From the NCBI GenBank assembly GCA_965203295.1, contig CBDBCZ010000016.1, positions 32,001 through 96,000 on the forward strand: a DNA stretch of 64,000 nucleotides, given 5' to 3'. This DNA is from Nitrospirales bacterium. Its GTDB lineage: Bacteria; Nitrospirota; Nitrospiria; Nitrospirales; UBA8639. The notes below the pieces were generated by a model. It ran no database searches, was not told the DNA's origin, and saw nothing but the letters and a program-made list of their open reading frames with translations. Below, in pieces: positions 54,201-64,000 of this stretch (positions are counted from its first letter, which is position 1; each line of letters starts with the position of its first letter). A program made the position numbers and the translations under genes.

Positions 54201-57200
54201 TGCTGTTATACTATCCGAACACTGTGCTGTTCCACATAGTACTACGCTACGCTAAAGGCTGCTGCAAATGATAGTTCTGCTGTGTGATTACAGGTTCTAA
54301 CTTGAGTGGGTAGGGGGAGCAAAAGTATTGGGAAACACGACCGTCAAGCTGTTCAGACATTTGTATACCACAGTGCTGCTTCACTCTTCAGAAGAGGTAG
54401 CTTTAGGAGTTTTATGGGACTTCTTTGGCTTAGCGTATTTGTACCTGATGGGGAACTAAGTATGATCATCATCATGCAACTAATCATTTTGCTGGAAGTA
54501 AATACCCTATACTCTGGAGTATAAGTACCCATCAATTATCAATTACAAGTACCCTATGAATGAAGTACCCATTAACCCAGTTGCTTTTCTCTGCCTGAAT
54601 AGTAGTACCCTTTCAAATGAATTAACTGGGATGTATAAATAGTGCATGTGTGACTAGTTAAGCATGAATAGTGACGATAACGGGTCCACCTACATGTAGG
54701 TCTGCATTAGGAGGTGTATGGGCTGTCGGTGGGGGCATAGAACTGCCTTGTGAGTATGCACTTCACTGTGTAAAGAAATACTGCTCACATGTAAGAACAG
54801 CGCTATGGCGATCAGCAGGGTTCTACCCACACTGGTCGTCAGGGGTCGGGTCTAACCACCACTTAGCCTTTTGGACCTCCACTCAACTAATGTTTAACTC
54901 TTTTTACAGTATTTTTAATATAGGAGAAAGTCTGTTTAGTTAGAGTGTCTAGGGTGCTTAGAGATACACAGAAGTGACTGTCAAGACCATAACAAAAGTC
55001 TTATTGTGCATGCTGTTGTACTACCATACTTGTTAGAAAAGTACCCCATGATTAAAAGTACACTTGCTCCAGAGTTTACGTTATTTTGTGTATCACACCA
55101 AGGCACTAGAGGCTGCCTTATGCTGTGTTCTAGCTTCACTCACAGACCAGCTGACCTGTAGGACAAATGTCAACCAAAACTCTTGCAACTATTGCGAAAC
55201 AAAACTGCTCCAGGCCACAGAATTGGAGCTACCCACTGTTTTTACTTGTTTCATCATTTTCAGGTGAAGAGCTATAAGTTTTCTCTGATTTGATCTGATT
55301 TTAAGTTTCTATAGTGGAATAAGAACTTACAACTCATCAAATCCACCCTGGAAAGGTAGACACAGGTGCCTTTATTTAAACTGTACATTACTACTAACAG
55401 TTAGTGCTTTTGTGGTACTAGTTGATATTGACTGTTTACTTTGTTTCACTACGTCTTTCTTATTTATGTTAAATGCATGGTCTGGGGTCCTTTACCATAA
55501 TATATCCTATCGGGATACTCCAGTGTGTGTGTGTCACTTATGTACATACAGTAGATTTGACGTTTGTAAATCTTCTGGTAGACTTTTTTCATGATAAGCA
55601 GGGTGGACAGATGGAGAAAAGTAGTTGTTTAAACCCACTTGTACATACATGTGGGGTAGTAAGCGGCAACACACAAACTCTCCCTTCAACAGTGACAGTA
55701 GTATTATCTTGGGCAATTTGACAGTACTATGTTGTGTACATGTACACGTATGCGCTGTGATTTACGTAATACCTGTGCGGTCGAGAAAGATGAAGAGGAA
55801 AAATAATTTACCAATGGACAGTAATCAGTGTTCCAACAGAGCAGCACAATTGCTTTGAATTGTTTGCATGTGATGGTATCGTCATATAGGAAGCGAGTAT
55901 AAAGCTACTGCAGGTTGGAATATTTAGCTGATACCTGGCTGTCATGCGTATCTATTTCAAGCACACTTGCAAGAACTCCTGACAATGTGTGGGCAGACGT
56001 GGTTGTTAAAGTTTGTGCCATAGTCAGTGTTCTAGCCAGAGGCAAGTGCAAAGAGTGGTGCCTTCTCAGAGATCAAAGCATAGCTGTGGTTTAATTACAT
56101 TCTTTCAACCACATCAAGAGGGAATTGTGTACATAAGAGCAGTGGAGCACCACTCTTCCACTCTTTAGCTAGAACACTGATATGTGTGTTCCCCTTTTTT
56201 GGCACTTCTGCATAGTCCAGAAGTAGGTTGTAGAAAACAGCTACTAGTCAGTAGCAGTGGTACAAAAATAAAGGACACCGCTCAGTACAGTAAATGGCTT
56301 ATGCTCATATTTATCTCTCCAGAAAATAATTGATATAATTGTGTTTGGCTGGGGCCAGGTTTGTAATGCTCAGCAGCTTCGACTCGTTTACATGACTACC
56401 AAAGATAATCTTGACAAGGCAGTGATAAAAACTAAAAATGAGGTAAATCACGCCTACAAAGTATTACCTAATCATAGATAATGCCATTTACAGGTTAGTA
56501 TCTGAATTAGACCAATTCCAACTTGTGGTAAGGAGACATGTCACATCTGGTGTTAATACTTCCAATTGCAAGTGACTCACCCAACCGGCCGTGTGTGATG
56601 TGCTTTTCTGTAACTGTAGCTGTGATTCTTGCAACTACAATGTTGTCTGGAAACAAACACCCCATTTACCATATCATGTATACATGTATGAATGTTTACA
56701 GTAAAACCTTGTGTATAGACACCCTAAATTAACCATTTCCTATAATAAGTATTCAGACATGTAGACTAAATGCTAACAGTGACTGACTAAGTAATCTACC
56801 TACATGTAATGTACCTACATGTATGTACATGTACGTAGTGAATTTCTCGGTGGAACACTATAACATGTTCTAATCATGTAGTTTACAGCTGTTTAAATGG
56901 CAGGACAAAAGTTTTTGGCCTTGCCAGTCCAAACAGAAGTTGACATTTGTGGTGTCTCCATTTACTACTGTGTTAACCGAAAAGCATTTGTCAAGTCCGT
57001 TTCTTACTCATATCTACATGTACATAACGTACCTGACATGCTGAGATGATAATTAACAATATAGTCCCTGACAGAGGTCTCATTAAATTTGGTGGTTGCA
57101 TAATGTAAGATTGTTTTCATGAATTGTTTTCTTTCTCTGCAGTATATCTTCAAGAATGAGACGTACGAGAAGCCCTTATTCACAACACATTTCAAGACTG

Positions 57201-60200
57201 CTCTGTTTTCGATTTATTTAGTGGGATTTATTTTTTGGAGGCCATGGCAACGTCTCTGTTTCTTGAGAAAGAAGCATACTCATTGTGCTCCTACGGCTCA
57301 GAATCAGTTACAAGGACAGCAGTCAGACAACCAGGTACATGTTACAGTAGTGTGTATGTACATGTATGTGTACATGTACATGTATATTCACTTTTTATAT
57401 ATTATTGAAATGTCTGTATTCAGTGTTGGGAAGCTCACTTTGGCAATTGAGAATGTGCATATCTGCATGAACGTTACATCACTATGCATGCACAGCTAGG
57501 CTATGCCATGGCCTAGCTGTGCATAGTGATGTAACGTTCACTACTGGGTAGTAATTACCCCACAGGTGCAAAAGGACCTGGTACCACTGCGTGAGGCATA
57601 GAATGATTTGGTGAAACAGATTTCTCAGTGCACTGTGTTAGCTGTCCCTAGCTAGCACAGGTTTGGTGTAGAAGAGATTCCAAGGACTGCTATGCGAGCC
57701 TGGGAGTGTGACATTGTCAGTTGATGCAAATTTCTTTTGGGCTTGACCCTACTGCCCTAGTCTATTTGCTGTTGCGATGTACATAGTACTGGGTCCCGTG
57801 TCTTGCCCCTTCGTGCCCAATTAGCAACACACATTGCCATGTTACCTTGAGGAAGCCTACAGCATATGCTTGTGTATCAGATTTCGGTGGAATGCTCTAC
57901 TGTCATACAATGTAGCTCTCCTGTTGTTGTACTCATCTGTGCTTGTAGTAGATAACTCTTTCTATTTCACCAGCATAAGCAACAATGCCTTTAGAGTGAT
58001 ATATAGGACCACATACATACTGAATATATGTAGTCACAGCGAAATGGAGTCCGGAATGGAAAGAGGAGACTCAAAAGAGTGGGTAGGGGATGTTTAGTTT
58101 ACTATTTTGTACAGTATCAAGATTCTGACCATGCCTTTGCAGCATTTGATTTCAGCACTTTGGTTTTTTCATTTAAACTGGACCAGTTTCAGAAGCAAGA
58201 TCTACATTTGGGATAGATGTACGCGATTGGAAATGCTACTTTGCAGTTGTTTCTGTGACATTTGTTTCCCTAACTATGAATGCTCTACTGTGTCACGTAA
58301 TTTAACAAGTTGTAGTGACACTTTCAAGTACAACATGAACATGATGAAAGTCCCAGTTTGAAAACAAACATTAATGTTTTGATGGCATCTCTACATATTT
58401 GCAGCACAATAGCTAGAAATTTTGTGATCTAGCTAACTAGCACCTCAGTGCCAAGAATACGCATTTAAGATATGTAACAGGTTCAGCATAGAATTTGCAA
58501 ACATACTCTGAAATTAAGGAAAATAAATTGTATATTGTGTGTAATAGCAATAATATACTCTTGTCGCTACCATAGCGCTTACGCCATTGAACACGCACCC
58601 ACATACGCAGGCGGAGCTTGCAAGATCTCCAGTCAGAGGACAATAACAAGAGCAACCAGTTGTTGCGCCAGTACCATCCTGATCGCCATATAATTTATTC
58701 TTCCTAGTGTCCCAGATTAAAACTCTTAGTAAAGCCTTAAAATCATACCTCTCCCAATTCTCTGGAATGTCCTACTAGCAAGTGCTACTAGCGGGTTTAG
58801 TGGCTATATCAATCTTGCCTACTGCTCCTCTGCCAAGGGTGTCCAGTAGCTCAATTGGTAAGAGCATCTGACTAGTATTCAGAAGGTCCTGGGTTCAATC
58901 CCCAGCTGGGTCCCGATTTTTCTGGATTTCTTTACTCTCTCAGAAAACTTATCTTCTTACAATGTATCTGCAGCAACCTCTTTAGAAAATACCATAAGGG
59001 CACTTTTAATTTCAATCTCCATTTATTGCAAAACATGAATCAACATTTGCAAGTCCTCGGCATTAGTAGTGTAAACCTACCAAATCATTGGCAAACATTA
59101 GACCCCCAATCTTAACATCCTTCTTAAAAATAACATTAACATTCTTCTTAACAGTAATGCCAATCCCAGCCTTCTCAACCTCATCTAAACACTGATTAAT
59201 AAAAATGAAAAAGAGGATAGGCAATATATTGCAGCCCTGTGCCACCCCCTGACCTATGTTAAATGGCTTGGATATTTCTCCCTCCAGTAAAACAGCACTC
59301 TTTGTGATGTTATACATATTCTTAATAACTCTCCACATCCTACCCCTACCACCAAGTTCCCATAACGTTAACCATAAACCATCATGCCAAACTGTGCCAA
59401 ATGTTTTCTGAACATCTAAGAAATAAAGTGTAAGTGTGCTTTCCTTCCCTCATTCTACCTTGTGTAATTTCATTTAGAGTAAAGATGTTATCAACACAAC
59501 TTCTTTCTCTCTAAATTCTGCCTGACCCTCATAATAAGAGCCCATTTTGATTCTAATCTGCATACTACCGTATAGCGCTTAAATTTGGCGGGTCTAAATA
59601 TTTGCGAATAGCCGTCTTGAACATTTAGTTGGAATAATTTCGCGAATTCGTTTACCACACCCACGTACTAATGAATTGCAGGAAGCTTTAAGCACCGGTA
59701 GCAAATTGTGGCTAGCGCTCCACGCTCTGCTGCTCGCTTTCCAATTTCAGCCTTCTTCGCGCTCATTTTCCGGTATGCTCCCCTGACCTTCGCGCTGGTA
59801 GTTGGCTGAAGTACAGCAAAGATACTATATCTCTGAGTACAGTGACTTTGTTTGTTTGCCTCAAAAATTGCGGACGAAGGCATTTGTTTGGAGAGCACTC
59901 CTCGTGAATCTGGAACCCCGCACACTGTCCACGTACGCTCTTGAAGTATCAAAACCATAGTCAGTACTGTAGAATGTATGGACAGTATCTATGCGGAAAT
60001 GTAGAAATTTAAATATTTTAGCGAATCACTCCAAATTCGCGAAATACGTGAAATTAAAGACCCGTGAAATTTAAGCGCTATATGATAATACATTATTTAG
60101 AATCTTAGCTTTTCTACCATATTCAATAGTGTAATGCCTCTGTAATTACCTAGGTCCTCAGTATCACCTTTCTTATACAAGCTAACAATAAACCCTTAAT

Positions 60201-62270
60201 TGTCTCCATTGTGTAGGAATACTCTCTCTGTCCAAACTACTTCATATAGGACAGTCAACAGATTAGCCATTCCTTTGCCACAGTACTTAAAACATTCCCC
60301 AACTAGCCCATCATTACCTCCCGTTTTATTGTTATTTAAGCTTTTTGAACACTTTTCATAACTAATTTCTCTATCCAAAACCTTATCCTTCTGTGAACTA
60401 GACATTTTACCATACTCTGTTCTATATGCTCTTTCCAGCTTTCATCAAACTGATCATCCAAAGATGCTGTACCCAACCTTTCATAATGCTCACGTAATAC
60501 TTTCATAGTACCGGTTACACATGAACCTGAAGTACATGTACTCATCAAAGCAGTAAAACCCCTTAAGATTACCTTTTGAAGTCCTGCCAACAAATGCCCA
60601 AAACTCTTTCCTTTTTTCATTAAAATCTTTATTAGCCTTTTCAGTCAACTATCTAATTTCCACATACCAATTCTGTAGTAATACTCTCCCCATTTATGTT
60701 CCCTTCCACTACTAATCTCCTTATAAACCTGTCTCCTCAACCTAATCTTCTCTTTATTCCCGGAATCAGTAACTATATAATCAATGATAGACTTCTGTTT
60801 CTGAGAAGGTCTAGTAGCTCTAGTCCACTGTAGTTCCACAGTGAACTCGCGACTATTACAAGCTCAACCTCATTCAAAAAGGAAATCAACCTGTTACCAC
60901 TAGCATTACATTTTCCTTCACCAAACATACCCATTACATCATCTAAAGGTTTCCCCAATCTGGCATTAAAATCACCTAGAAGCACAACCTGACCCTTCTG
61001 ACCCTTCTCCTGCATACAAGCACATCCTCTTTCAATTTACTTTAACTCCTTTCAATAACTGAAACATTTTCACTATCTGTAGGCATATAAACACAACCCA
61101 AAAACAAAATATTCCTGCCCCTCTCTTTTTTGCTATATTCCACATACTTTTTCATAATTCACATCCTTAATGAGCTCTACTCTACAGGCTAAACACCCCT
61201 TTACCAAGAATTCTTCTCCCCCTTCTCCTCTCCTACTCTCGCCTAGGCTTCCAGAACCATTTGTACCATCTACAGAAACCTTTGGATTCCTCCTTTTCCC
61301 ATGACTCCTGGCCTGCACAATCATCTTTGTTGCTGTTTTTTCTAGAACCCCAGCAAACTGCATGTGATAGAATTACTTTTAATGTGGAAATGATGATAAA
61401 AATTGTTGGTCCTCTGACTAGGGATCTTATAATCTCTGTCCATGGCTGGGGGTGGGTGGTCAATGGTATGGACACTATGGCATGCATCATATCTTGTGTT
61501 CATCAGCTTATCTGTGCAACTGCTGGAGAGCCTCACCCATTGGAGTGCCTCAGCCCAGCTGGTTGTGCACGTGTTCCTACGAAATCAGTTAGTCAAATAC
61601 TGGCTGTGATTTCAGCCTGGTCTTATTCTCAGACCCTGCCATCTCTGAGAAATGTTGTGTGAGAAAGTCAATGTAATCTGTAGACATTTCTTGAGCGTCA
61701 TTTTACTCCCACTGCAGTGCCACCCTGTAAGACGAAGTGCTGCAAAGTGAGATTCAACAGGACAATTGAAGTTGGACAAGTGCAAGGTACGCTTCCATAT
61801 TTTGTAGATGCACGGGCGGTTCCATGGTCTCTATATTTAGAGAGATTCCTCTGTACGTAACTACATGTACATTAGAGATATTCACTTATGTATCAGTATG
61901 GATTAAATTCTAAAGTAGTGCTCACTATTGGGTATTTCTTGTGTTAGAGACTGGACACGAACAACCCATTAGCTTACTAGACCTTATCTGTATGGCTGGA
62001 TTTATGTACTGTTGTGGTTGCCTTCTATTGTTACCTTTAATTAACCTTTGCCAACATTTTGACTGGATGCTCTAGTGTTCAGGATGAAGGTGAAGCACCT
62101 GCTATGCAAAAACACCTGCAAGTATGCAATTGTTTTCTATTTGTACAGATCAACTTTCTAGTCATTCCCGGGAACGATCAGATGTGCAGTACGAGCAAAC
62201 TCCCAAGAAGCCAGCCGAACTGCTGCCTGTTCCAAAAGTCATCCTCCTGTCATTAGTGTTTGGAATAGAG
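51207..62270 (+). pseudogene. SLC35F5: SLC35F5-like transporter, 5' part, copy 2 (exons ~51207-51297, 57143-57334, 61718-61786, 62149-62270; exons 3-4 deleted)
   Basis: Exon 2 reads ag|YIFKNETYEKPLFTTHFKTALFSIYLVGFIFWRPWQRLC...|gt. It follows exon 1 in phase 0 and matches the SLC35F5 'KPFFST..KTSMF.LYL.GFI.WKPW' segment. Confidence 0.85.
58440..61363 (-). mobile_element. Degraded LINE, copy 2
   Basis: Same ORF fragments as 11220-14140. Confidence 0.9.
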
Positions 62271-63438
62271 GTAATAATTAGTGAGCAGCTATACAATGTG
62301 CTGAAAACGCCTCATAAAAAGAAAAAGGCCACGGTTTCATTATGGACTTGTGAAGTGTCTATAATGTAGGGAATGGCAGTGCTCAGAAATGTACATGTGC
62401 GTAGGACTTGGCAGGTCTACCACACAAGAACAATTAAGTGTTACAGGTTTAAAAATTCCAATATCTGTGTATGCATGTACGTAGTTTGTGTACAAGGTTA
62501 TTTACAGGCTGTATAGCTGTTGAATATCGCCACAGGTACAGTGATTATTTTGCGTATGTATATGACTGTCATGGCCTCCCAGGATTTTTTTTTTTTACAA
62601 AACAACTACCCTAGCTGAGATTGAATTTGGTGGGTCTTGGAACCTACACCCAAGAGTGGTTATATACCCCATGGCTTATGAGTTTGTGGTTATCCCAAGA
62701 AGCTGAGGGATCAATGCAAACAAGTGGGCTGAACAAATGGGGGTTATATATTATAGTGAGTGGGTGTTGTCTATCTGACATAACACATTGTACATGCATG
62801 CAATCTGTGCTGTGTGAGAACAACACAAATTATACGACAAAGTGTGGGTAGTGAGGGTATGTTTTAGCTGCTCAATTTTAAGGATCTCAGTTGGTTCTCG
62901 GAATTCATGATATTTGGAGTTCTCTTTCTCACGAATTTGGCTTCTCAAACTTGTCATCTTCAAATGCCGACGTTTTGACTGCTGGGCTGCAGTCTTCTTC
63001 TGGGCAGACATCAATGCAGTGTGAAACAGATCATTTTTTGGATGATGTAATGTAGTATAAATAGCAACGACATGCTTATAGCAATACCTACATGTACCTT
63101 GCCCATGCACCTTTTAAGGAACACTAAACTATGTATATGCACAATCCCGTTTACAATGCTGTGCCCACTGGAATTACGTCTGTAGTTCTACTAGCACTAC
63201 AAATGTGGGGTGTGTACATGAGTACTCAGTATGTCATCAAAGTATTGATTTGTTCTCCACCAAATGTTATACATGTACATGTACATAGCTACGTAATATA
63301 CCTTTAGTGCTTTTGGAGTTCCCTAGCTTGTGTTGCATGCAGCGATCTCCATGTACAAGGTACTTAGTTTTGTGTGTGCATGTGTTGCATGCGTGTATCA
63401 CTTGCAGAGCATCAATATCAACCCACCCACTTCCTTCC

Positions 63439-63554
<116 letters not shown>

Positions 63555-63562
63555 GCATACAG

Positions 63563-63721
63563 GACCATCTAGTATGCTATCTTCCTGGCACTCTGCCCCC
63601 GGGTGTGCACAATGGTCTTCCTAAGAAATACAGGACTATTGCCAAGAGCCTCTTGTACACCTGGTGCGCATGCCAGGTGTATAAGCAGATGCCAACCGGA
63701 CTCAGTCTAGAGATTGTAAGG
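63563..63721 (+). pseudogene. MAN1B1: MAN1B1-like exon, copy 2
   Basis: Same DHLVCYLPGTL...PTGLSLEIV exon as 17113-17271. Confidence 0.88.
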
Positions 63722-64000
63722 TACATTGTAAACTCTTCGAGATGATAAGCTTTCTGAGAAAGGAAAGAATCCCGAAAAAAAAAAAAAACGAGACCCAGCT
63801 GGAGATTGAACCCAGGACCTTGTATTTTAGGTGTACAGTAGGTGATAATGGTAGAAGTGGGGATTCTTCTTTAGGGTATTTACCAGAGGCCCTATTGCTG
63901 TCTAGGATTATAAAGGAAGACCTACTTTTTTCATCTGTTGGGGGGTGGAGTTTAGTACACTCAATAATTTTGTAGGGCTACAGTCTTATACATGTACTAG

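Overview
Eukaryotic, metazoan-like genomic DNA. It is AT-rich, has GT-AG introns and is very rich in TACATGTA/TAGCTA/TACGTA palindromes; an invertebrate such as a demosponge is my inference only. I see no intact protein-coding gene. The window is a nested, amplified pseudogene structure. (1) A ~48.7-kb head-to-tail repeat: 1-17548 recurs at ~48755-64000. The unit holds the 3' end of a MAN1B1-like mannosidase (+), an intronless ADP-ribosylarginine hydrolase (ADPRH, -) and the 5' six exons of an SLC35F5-like transporter (+). SLC35F5 5' exons therefore abut MAN1B1 3' exons at each junction. (2) ADPRH is split by a 31,369-bp element (19159-50527) with 56-bp TIRs, TGT...ACA termini and a 6-bp TSD (AGGGAC). 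It resembles Ginger/GingerRoot elements and has no recognisable transposase. (3) Its cargo is two tandem ~14-15-kb copies of a decayed multi-exon coiled-coil gene fragment. Nested elements include a degraded LINE, a pogo-like MITE, a Gypsy LTR/gag fragment, a PHD-bearing TGT...ACA element, a tRNA-Thr-containing repeat and a Penelope-like inverted repeat with a minimal hammerhead motif. There are also tiny TAG...CTA hairpins with 9-bp TSDs, one only 22 bp long with its empty site visible in the paralogous copy.
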